Assembly (NCBI GenBank): GCA_051313645.2
Contig: JBNRSN020000008.1
Span: forward strand, 50,468,001 to 50,532,000
From: Centroscyllium fabricii
Taxonomy: Eukaryota
Length of the DNA stretch: 64,000 bases
Reading direction: 5' to 3'
In this document: positions 39,467 through 51,564 of the stretch, piece by piece
How positions within the stretch are numbered: the stretch's first letter is position 1
Layout of the letters: each line of letters opens with the position of its first letter
Position numbers and translations under genes: made by a program
The notes under the pieces: model-generated
What the model saw: the letters and a program-made list of their open reading frames with translations, nothing else
Told to the model about the DNA's origin: nothing
Database searches by the model: none

Positions 39467-40180
39467 TCAGGAATGGTGTTTGAGGCCAGGATATTTGACT
39501 CATTTAATAAAAACTGATAGATTCTGCAATGAGAATATGTTACGTTTGGTGAAAAGATCAAACAGTCTCCTTCACCCAAACCTATTTTTTGAGGAGCTGA
39601 AAGTTCATAAACGAATGAACTGATCATCGAGTGCTTTAATTGGATTGAGGATGTGTTTCCAAATTAGAATCTTCAGATTTCTAAACTCCAACCTCTGGCA
39701 GATAGTTGGATACTTGGGACTAAATGGGGTTTGAGACACATCCACCACACTCCAGGTATCGCACATACAAATTTCTTTGTCACGCTTTTAAAACAAAAAA
39801 GAAGGAAAGGCAATCATTTCTAACGAACAGAGAAAAATCACCAACAGAAAGTGCCTTCTAATTGACTTCAGGAATCACAAGTTTAAAAAAAGTGTATTAA
39901 AAGGAAAGCCCAACTGACCTCTAATTGACCTGAATACTGGCTGAGAGCAATCAGCTTCTAATTGACACATGAAGGCACACAAATTACACCTTGTGGTTTT
40001 AAAGGGACAGACTACATTCCACACAGCTGCATTATGCGATTAGAATCGGGCCTGGGATGAAAATCAGCAGCCATGTTTACCTACAAAACAGTAATGACTC
40101 CACATCAAGAGTAACCCGTAGGTTGTGAAACATTTTGGGATGTCCGAAGGACGTGAAATGCCAATACATAAGTCAAAATT

Positions 40181-41905
40181 CGAGTTTCCAGTTTCCTGGC
40201 CTCAACCGCCTCCTTTTCACTATGGACATACAATCCCTCTACACCTCCATCCCCCACCAGAATGGCCTGAGGGCGTTCTGCTTCTTCCTTGAAAAGAGGC
40301 CCAACCAGTCCCCATCCACCGCCACCCTCCTCCGCCTGGCTGAACTTGTTCTCACATTGAACAACTTTTCCTTTGACTCCACTCATTTCCTCCAAATTAA
40401 AGGTGTTGCTATGGGTACCTGCATGGGTTCTAGCTATGCCTGCCTTTTCGTGGGATATGTGGAACACTCTTTGTTCCAGGTCTACTCAGGTCCCCTCCCT
40501 CACCTCTTTTTCCAGTACATTGATGACTGTATCAGTGCCGTTTCCTGCTCACGCCCTGAACTAGACAATTTTATTCACTTTGCCTCCAATTTCCACCCTT
40601 CCCTCACCTTCACATAGTCCATCTATGACTCTACCCTTCCCTTCCTCGACTTCTCCATCTCCATCTCTGGGGATAGGTTATTGACCAACATTCACTACAA
40701 GTCCACTGACTCCCATATCTACCTGGACTGCACTTTCTCCCACCCACCCTCCTGTAAGGACTCTATTCCATTCTCCCAGTTTCTCCGTCTCCACCGCATC
40801 TGCTCCAACGCTGCCACCTTGCACACCAGTGCTTCTGACATGTCTTCCTTTTTCCTCAACCGAGGATACCGCCTACCATGGTTGACACGATCCTCGACCG
40901 AGTCCATTCTATAAGAACATAAGAACATAAGAAATAGGAGCAGGAGTAGGCCAATCGGCCCCTCGAGCCCGCTCCACCATTCAATAAGATCATGGCTGAT
41001 CCTACCCGAACCTTCTTCCCACTATCACCCTTCATCCCACCCAAAAAACCATGTGATCTCCTGGGAGAGGCGAAAAACCGGATAAAAACCCAGGTCCAAT
41101 TTGGGAAAAAAATCCAGGAAATTCCTCTCCGACCCCAATCTAGGCGATCGAAACTTGTCCAGGAGATCACTCAGGTCTTACTATACTAACAATAGCTCAG
41201 GTCCACTTCCCTGCCCGCTCCCCGTAACCCCTAATTCCCTTGTCTCCCGTACTTCAGCCCTCAAACCTGCGCCTCCCTCCCGGAACCACAATAGAGTTCC
41301 CCTTGTCCTCACCTTTCACCCCACCAGCCTCCACATTCAATGGATCATCCTCCGCCATTTCCGCCACCTCCAACGTGATCCCACCACCAAACACATCTTC
41401 CCCTCACCTCCCCTTTCAGCATTCCATAGGGACCGCTCCCTCCGAGACACCCTAGTCCACTCCTCTATTACCCCCAGCACCCCTTCCCCTTCACCCGGCA
41501 CCTTCCCGTGCAAGCGCAGGAGATGCAACACCTGCACTTATACCTCCCCCTTCCCACTGGCCTGGGCCCCAAACACCCCTTCCAGGTGAAACAGCAATTT
41601 ACTTGTACTTCTTGCAATCTAGTATACTGTATTCGCTGCTCACAATGTGGTCTCCTCTGCATTGGGGAGACGAAACGCAGATTGGGTGACCGCTTTGCGT
41701 TCAGTCCGTAAGGGTGACCCCGAGCTTCCGGTCGCCTGTCATTTCAATTCAGCGTTCCATTCCCACTCGGACCTCACAGTCTGTGGCCTCTTGCATTGTT
41801 CCACGGAAGCTCAGCGTAAACTCGAGTAACATCACCTCATCTTCCGATTAGGTACTTTACAGCCTTCCGGACCCAATATCGAGTTCAACAACTTCAGATC
41901 ATAAC
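40181..41905 (+). mobile_element. Penelope-like family 2 fragment (RT to GIY-YIG), with a CR1 tail inserted at 40911-41240
   Basis: FTMDIQSLYTSIP, QIKGVAMG, QYIDD, LVYCIRC..IGET. Confidence 0.88.
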
Positions 41906-41943
41906 CTCGGCCCCTATTATATTTTTATATTTTTTATCCACAC

Positions 41944-42223
41944 TGTAGAGGCATGCAGGGCCGAAGAACCACACTGGACACAGAAGATTCGGAAAGTTAT
42001 CATTTATTGTTAACTCAGCTAGGGCCAGGTGGAGAAAGAGACTGAACCACCTGGAGCCCAGGTATTTAAAGGTCCCGCGGTTGGTGACGTCACTGCCGGG
42101 TGTCCACCTGGCGACGTCATCACGCCGGAAGTCGCGGTGACGTCATCACGCCGCCCGGCGGGCGGGGCCGTCTCGCAGCACTCCCGAGGCGGATTCGATG
42201 GTTCTGGTGGGCGTGTCGCCACA
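41944..42223 (-). mobile_element. Solo LTR related to the Gypsy at 49273-57502
   Basis: TG..CA; 4-bp TSD ACAC; colinear with 49273-49614. Confidence 0.9.
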
Positions 42224-43143
42224 ACACTTTTGGTTCGTGACTTTTCCTTTTTTTTCTCTCTCACATGGCTACTGTCTTTCACTCTGCCAGCGCATTTTAC
42301 ACTTCAGTGTTTGTTTGTTTGCCTGTCCTATTCTATCTCGTCTCACCTTGAATATCTCGGAATGTCTCTCCCCCATTTCCCAGCCCCCACATTGCCTTTT
42401 GTTTCACTTCCTGCCTTCTTTCTTTCTTCTTTCTTTCTGGAATTGTTTTTTAAGATCAGGAATTGTCATATACAAGAAGTCACTGGGAGTAATGTTCAGT
42501 TTTGATAGAGGCAGAAAACTGACAATAGCAGATGGGCTGCCTGTTATACACCCTGCCTGATTTTCCTTTTTAGTGACTCCAATAGAAAAGAAAATGATGT
42601 GGGGTGTGCACTGAGTAGCTGATCCACTACCAGCAGTTTTCCATTAATGCTGATAGTGAAAATGATCCCCACACTATCAAAGTCGCTGTCGTTGAGGTAG
42701 ACGCCATTATGTTTCTGATACCATTTTATTAAATATATTTTTTGAGGTGGGCAAGATACAAATTCCACAACTTATTTTCACCTTTCCTTTGGATTTGCTG
42801 TTGGTGATATAATCCCCGTGCTCCTGTGACCTTCACGTAGTTAATGTTAAATGTATGTTAAAGAGCTGTAGATGTGCTACTGGTCAAACATTGTCATGAA
42901 TCTGTTGTTAATAATAGATCTGTGAAGAGGTGTAACCTTTCAATGCTACAAAGAGAGATTACTTTTTTCCTGTTTTCAATTATTTCCTCTTCCTGGCTAC
43001 CTCATGCCACACACGATACCCCGGTTGAGGGGGCAGTGCACACGACATGCCTCCAGCTCAACAGCAGCATTCTAAATGTGGTTACTTCAAGCTAGGAGAT
43101 GTTCTGCTGCGTTGCCTCATGCTGATTTCTCCTCCTCTCTGTT

Positions 43144-43520
43144 ACATAAGAACATAAGAAATAGGAGCAGGAGTAGGCCAATCGGCCCCTCAAGCCTGCT
43201 CCGCCATTCAACAAGATCATGGCTGATCTGATCCTAACCTCAATTTTATTTTTACTCTCCATCCCGCCCAAACCCACGTGATCACCCGGGAGAGGCGAAA
43301 AACCAGATAAAAAACCCAGTGGCCAATTTGGAGAGAAAATCTGGGAAATTCCTCTCCAAGCCATCTAGGCAATCGAAAACTGGTCCAGGAGATCACATGG
43401 CCGATCTGAACCTAGCCTCACGTCCACTTACCTGCCCGCTCACCATAACACCCAATTCCCTTTACTTCCAGGAAACTGTCTATCTCTGTTTTAAATTTAT
43501 TCAATGTAGTAGCTTCCACA
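43144..43520 (-). mobile_element. CR1 3' UTR fragment with structured insert
   Basis: (TTCTTATG) tail; hairpin-bounded module at 43278-43396. Confidence 0.85.
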
Positions 43521-43688
43521 CTGCTCTTCATAGGATTACATAGGATAAACAGCACAGAAGCAAGATTTTCAGGCCAACCAGTCCATGCCGGTGTTTATGC
43601 TCCACTCGAGCCTCCTCCCATCTTTCCCCATCTAACTCTGTCAGCATAACCCTCTAATCCCTTCTCCCGCATATGTATATCTAACATA

Positions 43689-44041
43689 GGCGGCACGGTG
43701 GCATAGTGGGTAGCACTGTTGCCTCACAGCGCCAGGGGCCCAGGTTCAAATCCGGCCTCGGGTGACTATCTGTCTGGAGTTTGCATATTCTCCCCGTGTC
43801 TGCGTGGGTTTCCTCCGGGTGCTCCGGTTTCCTCCCACAGTCCAAAGATGTGCGGGTTAGGTTGATTGGCCAGGATAAATTACCCTTAGTGTTAGGGGGA
43901 TTAAATATGTGGGGTTACGGGGATAGGGTGGGATATGTGTCGGTGCAGGCTCGATAGGGATCGAGGGATATGTGTCGGTGCAGGCTCGATGGGCCGAAAT
44001 GGCCTCTATCTGCACTGTAGGGATTCTATGATTCTATGATT
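43689..44041 (+). mobile_element. HE1/V-SINE, full length
   Basis: tRNA head, V-domain, (ATTCTATG)n tail, and an internal 26-bp duplication. Confidence 0.9.
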
Positions 44042-44046
44042 CCAAT

Positions 44047-45038
44047 CAGGGCCGGCCTTAGCAATTGCGAGGCCCAATTTGGACCTTTTTGCTTTTCTTC
44101 GGCAGTGTGGCGGTACACCCACGGGGACATCGAATCCGCCACGGGGACTCCACGGAGCAAAGCCCCGCTCATCCGGGTGACGCGACTACGTCATCACGTC
44201 GGCCGACGCGATGACGTCACCAACCGCGGGACCGTTTAAATATGCTTGTCTCGAGTGGTTCTGCCTCTTTCTTGTTTTGTACTTGTTAGTAAAGCTGTGT
44301 TTTTCTTTAGCTCTGGCTCACATGTGGTTCTTGGGCCTGCCGGCGCTACAGCAGCCTTTTTTGCTTTGCTTATTTTTCTTTTTATATTTCCACTCAGGTA
44401 TTTGCTAACAGCGTCTTGAGCTCGCTTTGGTTTCATCATTTTAATGAAGCCTGAAAAATAATTTAAAAAAATAACAACAAAACAAAAATCATTTTGGCCC
44501 AGAAATTCGGCTGTGAACATGTGAGTTCGCGTTGGGTACTCACGCGTAGGCCCATCCAAAGTGCCAGTTTTGTGCATGCACAGTGCATGCGCGCGAAACC
44601 GGCACTTCCGATCCCCTGACAGAAGGGTTCAGAGGTCGGAACGCGTGCGCATCGTAAGTTTGTAATCTACCAAGAAGTGAAGTGCTGAAAGCAGGGTGGA
44701 ACCTGAGCAATATGATATTACAAATCACACAGGGCTGGCTAAACTCAAGTCAGCGCCCAGTATGATACCTTAGCATCAATGTGAAAGTAAAGTGATCCAG
44801 ATCTCCTTCAAAGTTGCTATAATTAGTCATGTTGTGCATGACTGCTCCATGCCTGCATTTCTAGCCGTAGACTAATTATTGATTGGTGCCTTTTTGCAGC
44901 TCAAAAGAATAAGACACAGGTTTGGTTTGAAGGTGTTCGGGTTTTGAGTATGGACTTTCAAGTAATGGGTGTGGGGCCCCCTGTGGGCGTGGGGCCCCAT
45001 TGAGTCAAATAGGTTCAAATGGCCTAAAGCTGGCCCTG
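44047..45038. mobile_element. hAT-like non-autonomous element
   Basis: TIR CAGGGCCGGCCTTA / TAAAGCTGGCCCTG (12/14); no clean 8-bp TSD. Confidence 0.6.
44106..44350 (+). mobile_element. Solo LTR (more diverged relative of the Gypsy LTR)
   Basis: TG..CA; 4-bp TSD GCAG; TGACGTCA motifs and TTTAAATA box. Confidence 0.82.
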
Positions 45039-45300
45039 CTTCCTCTTAAATGCATCCATACTATTCGCCTCAACCACTCCTTGTGGTAGCGACGGCCACA
45101 TTCTCACCACTCTCTGGGTAAAGAAGTTTCTTCTGAATTCCCTATTGGATTTCTTGGTGACTAGCCTATATTAATGGCCTCTAGTTATGCTCTTCCCCAC
45201 AAGTGGAACCATTCTCTCTGTATCCACTCCATCAACATTTTTCATAATTTTAAAGACCTCTATTGGGTCACCCTTCAGCCTTCTTTTTTTCAAGAGAAAA

Positions 45301-45597
45301 TAATAATTAATAATAATAATTCAACTTTATTGTCATTATACAGTGTACAAGTACATGAACAACGAAATGTGATCTTGCAAGCTCCCAAGAGTCCAGCAAA
45401 GCCGCTGCATCTGTGCGCCCCGCCATTCCATCTTTCCATCATTCCGACAACCTTCAGCCAACCGCCCCTCCCCGGGGCTCCTTTCGTGACCTTCCGCACC
45501 TGGCATTCCCCCATGCAAGTATTAACCAGGCCTGGCTCTGCTTAGCTTCCAAGCCTAGCCAGTGACCCTGTCCCTAGTCCCAGAAACAGGGCTAAAG
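45301..45597 (-). mobile_element. 5S rRNA-derived SINE (SINE3-type) with Rex1/Babar-like tail
   Basis: GGAAGCTAAGCAGAGCCAGGCCTGGTTAATACTTGCATGGG resembles the 5S internal control region; ends AATGACAATAAAG..(ATT)n. Confidence 0.75.
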
Positions 45598-46276
45598 CGA
45601 CCCAGCCTGTTCATCCTTTCTTGATATGTACACCCTCGCATTTCTGGTATCATCCTTATAAATCTCCTCCACACCCTCTCCAGTGCCTCGATATCCTTTT
45701 TATAATATGGCAACCAGAATTGTACACAGTACTCCAAGTGTTGTCTAACCAAGGTTCAATACAGGTTTATTGTAACTTCTCCACTTTTCAATTATATGCC
45801 TCTAGAAATAAACCCTAGTGCTTGGTTTGCTTTTTTTATGGCCTTGCTAACCTGTGTCGCAACTTTTAGTGGTTTGTGTATTTGTACTCTGAGATCCCTT
45901 TGTTCCTCCACCCCACCTACACTCGCACCCTCCAAGTGATAAGTATTCTTCCTACCAAAATGTAATATCTCACATTTATGTGTTGAACTTTATTTGGCAA
46001 TGATATGCCCATTCTGCAAGTTTATTAATGTCCTTCTGAACCTTGTTGTAGTCCTCCTCAGCATTGACTATCTCGCCCAATTTGGTGTCATCCACAAATT
46101 TAGAAATTGTGTTTTTGATTCCAAAGTCTAAATCGTTAATATAAATTGTGAACAATATTAGTCCCAGCACTGATCCTTATGGGACACCACTTCCCACCTT
46201 CTGCCACTGTGAATAGCTACCCTTTACCCCTACTCTCTTCTTCCTGTCTTGAAGCCAACAAGCTATTCATTCTACT

Positions 46277-48563
46277 GAACTTGCAGCACTCCATTCGCTC
46301 AGATCCAACCCCGACATTGTCATTAAACCAGCTGACAAGGGTGGCGCTGTTGTTGTTTGACGAACCAACCTCTACCGAGTGGAAGCTGAACGCCAACTCT
46401 CCGACAGCTCCTCCTACCTCCACCTGGACCAAGACCCCACTACCGAACATCAATCCACCGTTTCCAAGACTGTCACTGACTTCAACTCCTCTGGCGATCT
46501 TCCCCCTACGGCCGCCAACCTCATAGTTCCCCAACCCTGCACAGCCCGCTTCTACATCCTTACCAAGATCCACAAACAGGACTGCACTGGTAGACCCATC
46601 GTTTCAGCCTGTTCTTGCCCCACGGAACTTATCTCTTCCTATCTCAACACTATGTTTTCTCCCCTTGTCCAGTCTCTACCCACCTACATCTGCAACACTT
46701 CCGACGCCCTCCGCCACTTTAACAGCTCCAGTTTCCCAGCCCCAACTGTCTACTTTTCACTATGGACGTACAATCCCTCTACACCTCCATTCCCCCACCA
46801 GGATGGCCTGAGGGTGCTCCGCTTCTTCCTTGAAAAGAGGCCCAACCAGTCCCCATCCACCGCCACCCTCCTCCGCCTGGCTGAACTTGTTCTCACATTG
46901 AACAACTTCTCCTTTGACTCCACTCATTTCCTCCAAATCAAAGGTGTTGCTTTGGGTACCCGTATGGGTCCGAGCTATACCTGCCTTTTCATGGGATATG
47001 TGGAACACCGTTTGTTCCAGTCCTACTCAGATCCCCTCCCTCACCTCTTTTTCCGGTACATTGATGACTGTATCAGTGCTGTTTCCTGCTCTCGCCCTGA
47101 ACTAGAAGATTTCATTCACTTTGCTTCCAATTTCCACCCTTCCCTCACCTTCACATGGTCGATCTCCGACTCTTCCCTTCCCGTCCTCGACTTCTCTGTC
47201 TCCATCTCTGGGGATAGGTTATTGACCAACATTCACTACAAGCCCACTGACTCCCACAGCTACGTGGACTGCACCTCCTCCCACCCCGCCTCCTGTAAGG
47301 ACTCTATTCCATTCAGCCAGTTTCTCCATCTCCGCCGCATCTGCTCTGACGATGCCACCTTCCACACCAGTGCTTCTGCCATGTTTTCCTTTTTCCTCAA
47401 CCGAGGATTCCCCTCTACTGTGGTCGACACAGCCCTCGACCGTATCCGTTCTATCTCCCGCAATTCTGCCCTCACCCCTGCCCCTCCCTCCCGGAACCAC
47501 GAGAGAGTTCCCCTTGTCCTCACCTATCACTCCACCAGCCTCCACATTCAACGGATCATCCTCCGCCATTTTCGCCACCTCCAGCGTGATCCCACCACCA
47601 AATGCATCTTCCCATCACCTCCCCTTTCCGCATTCCGTATGGACCGCTCCCTCCGCGACACCCTAGTCCACTCCTCTATCATCCCCAGCACCCCTTCCCC
47701 TTCGCCCGGCACCTTCCCGTGCAAGCGCAGGAGATGCAACACATGCCCTTATACATCCCCCCTTCCCACTGTCCAGGGCCGCAAACACCCCTTTCAGGTG
47801 AAACAGCGATTTACTTGTACTTCCTGTAATTTAGTATACTGTACTCGCTACTCACGATGTGGTCTCCTCTACATCGGGGAGACCAAATGCAGATTGGGTG
47901 ACCGCTTTGCGGAACACCTCCGTTCAGTCCGTAAGGCGGACCCCGAGCTCCCGGTGGCTTGTCACTTTAATTCTCCACTCCACTCCCATTTAGGCCTCAC
48001 TGTCTGTGGCCTGCTGCATTGTTCCACGGAAGCCCAGCGTAAACTCGTGGAACAGCACCTCATCTTTCACTTAGGCACTCTACAGCCTTCTGGACTAAAC
48101 ATAGAGTTCAACAATTTTAGATCATAACCTTGGCCCCTATCACACCTTTTTATGTAAGAAGTCACACAACACCAGGTTATAGCCCAACAGTTTTATTTGA
48201 AATCACAAGCTTTTGGACACTTTTATATATATATATATATATTCTCTCTTTTTTCAATCGACACTTTCGTCTGGCTTTTTTTCTTTTTTTTCTTTACTCT
48301 GCTGGAGCTGTTCACGCCTATTCAGAGCCATCCTGTGTTCCTTCAATTTCTCCGAATATCTTTTACCTTCCCCCGCCTTCTAGCCTGTTGCTGATCTTTC
48401 CTTTGTTCTTTCAGCCCCCTCCCCAGCCCCCACAAGCTTTAAAATCTATACCCCCTCCTGGCTTCTCCAGTTTTGAAGCAAGGTCATCGTCCTGAAACGT
48501 TAACTTGGTTTCCCTCCACCGATGCTGCCTGGCCTGCTGAGTTTCTCCAGCTTTTTCTGTTGT
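46277..48563 (+). mobile_element. Penelope-like family 2, 5'-truncated (ORF 46379-48127: RT + GIY-YIG)
   Basis: IKPADKG, RPIVS, QIKGVALG, RYIDD, LVYC..YIGET..RFAEH; degenerate hammerhead near 48468-48508; small family-1 piece at 48153-48217. Confidence 0.92.
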
Positions 48564-49833
48564 TATTTATTCTGCTGCCTGTACCCTGACTCCACATCCT
48601 CTGACCTTATTCATTGGTCTATCATGTGGTACCTTTTCGAAGGCCTTTTGAAAATCTAGATAAATTACATCTATTGCATTACCCTTGTCTGCTCTCCCTG
48701 TTACCTCTACAAAAAATTCCCTGAGGCTGGTCAACCAAGACTTTCCATTTTGAAATACATGCTGACTATTCATTATTATATTTTTGGCTTCTAGATGTTC
48801 TTCTATTTTTTCCTGTAGTAGGGATTCCATTATTTTTCCTACCATCAATGCTAAGCTGACTGGTCTATAATTCCCTGGACATGTTCTATCCCCCTTCTTA
48901 AATATAAGTATTACATTATCTATCCACCAGTCCTCTGGCACTACACCTTTTTCTAATGATTTATTAAATATGTGTAGTAATGCCTCTGCTATCTCTCCCC
49001 TCGATTCTTTTAAAATGCGCAGATGTAACCGATTTGGAACAGGGTTTTTTTCCTCTTTGAGTCTGATTAGTTTATTTAATATATCTCTTTATTTTAAATG
49101 CCGTTACTTCATTACTACTCTCATGATCCAATGTCATGTCAACCTGTTCTATCTTCCCGGTAAATACTGAGGCAAAGTAATTGTTTAATATTTCTGCCAT
49201 CACTCTATCATTATGCTTTCCATCCCATAGTGGCCCTATTCCCATCCTGACCTTCCATTATTTTGTTGATGTTGTGGAGGCATACAGGGCTGAAGGACCA
49301 CGCTGGACACAGGATTCGGAAGATTACTTTTAATACCAGTACAGTTACAGCTAGGGCCAGGTGGAAGAAGAGAGAAAGCCACCTGGCGCTCGGGTATTTA
49401 AAGGTCCCGCGGCTGCTGACGTCACTGCCGGTTGGCCGCCTGGTGACATCATCATGTCGGGGGGCCGGCGACGCCCGCGCGGGGCCGTCTTGCGCCGCCT
49501 GGTGACGTCATCACGTCGGGGGTGCCGGCGACGTCTGTGCGTCCCCCGACGGGCGGGGCCGTCCCGCAGCTTTCCCGGAGCGGGTTCGTCGTTGCCGGTG
49601 GGCGTGTCGCCACACAGCTCCCCCCCAGAATCCGTGAGGGAAAGCGTAGTTGAGCCTAGAGGAGAGGGAGACATAAAAGAGAGCAAACACACATTTCGAA
49701 ATCACACAGAATGTCCGACAGTTTGCCGCAATGGCCTAATGTTGTGGCCGGCAGGTGTTGTGTGCTGTTCTGTGGTTGGTGGTTCGAAAAATGGTGTTGA
49801 GGCGGCCTGCTGGTGTGGCCCGCACGTGTCGTC

Positions 49834-51538
49834 TCAGGCGAGGCGCTGAGGTGGCCTGATGATGCGGCCGGCACGTGTCATGCGCTGCTTCTTGTTCTGA
49901 GTGGGAGTGTGGGCGGGTTTTGGTGCGGTAGGGCGTCCGCGCTTTGGTGGTTGTGCGGGGACTGTTGTCTCGCCCGCCATTACGTGTGCTGGTTTGAGCC
50001 GGTCAAAGGATACGGTCTCAGTTCTGTTGCCCATTTGAATGTCAAACGTTTTGGGTCCCGCCCGAAGCACTCTAAATGGTCCGTCGTAAGGTGGTTGCAG
50101 CGGTGTTCAGTGTGCGTCATGGCGGACAAACACACACTTGGTGTCTTGGATGCCATCGGGAACACGTGTTGCCGGCTGTCCGTGCCGGGCCACCGGAAGT
50201 GGTTTGAATGCTGCTGCCTGGTTGTTAAAGTCTCTGAGGCAGTGCTCGGCTGACCAGGGTTCGTTTGTTTCCGCCACGAACTTGCCTGGTACGGTTAGTG
50301 GTTGGCCATAAACCAGCTCGGCTGCCGAGGCGTGTAGGTCTTCTTTGGCCGCCGAGCGGAGGCCGAGCATTACCCAGGGCAGGCGATCCGTCCAGGTTGC
50401 ATCCTGGAGGCTGGCCCGCAGGGAGGCCTTGAAAGATCGGTGGAACCGTTCGCAGAGGCCGTTGGCCTGTGGGTGGTAGGCGGTCGTTCGGTGCAGGGTT
50501 GCCCCGAGGTCGTGAGCGATGGTTGACCATAGGGTTGAAGTGAATTGGGGGCCCCTGTCTGAAGTGATGTCGGTGGGGACACCGAACCGGGCGACCCAGG
50601 TGGCGATGAAGGCCCTGGCCAGTTCGGCAGTGGTGGTCGTGCTGAGGGGGACCGCTTCGGGCCAGCGGGTGGTACGGTCGACCATTGTTAACAGGTATGA
50701 GTGTCCACGTGATGGGGGTAGTGGTCCGACCAGGTCAATGTGAATGTGGCTGAAACGTCTGGCCAGGACGACGATTGGTTCGAGCGGTGCCTTGATGTGG
50801 TTGTGCACCTTGGCGCGCTGGCAGGCATTGCACGCGGTGGTCCAGGCGCGGACATCTTTATTTAGGCCGCGCCAAACGAATCGCGCAGAGATGAGCTTGG
50901 TAGATGCGCGGACACCGGGGTGGGAGAGGCCATGGAGGGTCTGGAAGATGTGTTGCCTCCATGTGTGGGGGACGACGGGTCTGGGTTGGGGCAGGGTGAC
51001 GTCGCAGCGGACCCCCGTGGCTGTGGGTCCATGTGCCACGGTGGCTATGAGCAGGCCGGGGAGGTTGGTGGCGGGGTCGAGGAGGTCGGGGTCGGTCAGT
51101 TGGTCGGCCGCCATTTTGACGTAGTCGACGGCCGTCTGGACGGAGTTGGTGGCTGGGTATGAGGGGCCGTGCGCGCAGGCGCGGTCGGTGACTGGTGGTG
51201 GGGGGTTGTCGGCGACCGCGCTGTCGATGGCGGGTCGTGGGGGGTGGTCGGCGGCTTGTGTGCCACTGGGGCCCGCGCTGTTGACGGCGGGGCGTAGGGG
51301 ATGGCCGGTGGCTGGGTTGCCGCCGGTGGGGCGTGGGGATTGGTCGGGGGCTGTTGTGCCGATGGAGGGGCGTGAGAGGCAGTCAGCGACCACGTTGTCG
51401 CGGCCGGCAATGTGCTGGATGTCGGTCGTGAACTCGGACACGGCCGCGAGCTGGCGCTGCTGCCTGGCCGACCAGGGTTCGGAGATCTTAGCCATTGCGG
51501 ATACCAGTGGCTTGTGATCCACGAAGGCTGTGAAGTGG
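49834..51538 (-). pseudogene. Gypsy pol C-terminal part: RNase H end + integrase (one in-frame TGA at 50107)
   Basis: HFTAFVDHKPL, NVVADCLSR, H..SHPG..C..C, DLVGP, SDRGPQF, NGLCER, PYDGPF. Confidence 0.93.
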
Positions 51539-51564
51539 CTTCTTCTTTCGTGTATCGTCATTTT

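Noticed and set aside
45490-45553. 5S rRNA gene
   Set aside because: Only a partial, diverged internal segment embedded in a SINE-like unit.
46379-48127. 582-aa ORF as an intact PLE protein
   Set aside because: Compensating frameshifts near 46725-46790 replace the FTMD..SLYTSIP motif seen in the 40 kb copy, and the element is 5'-truncated.
50107-51561. Stand-alone integrase gene
   Set aside because: It is the severed pol C-terminus. The ATG comes from the LINE 3' UTR and the end is a probable CGA-to-TGA change.
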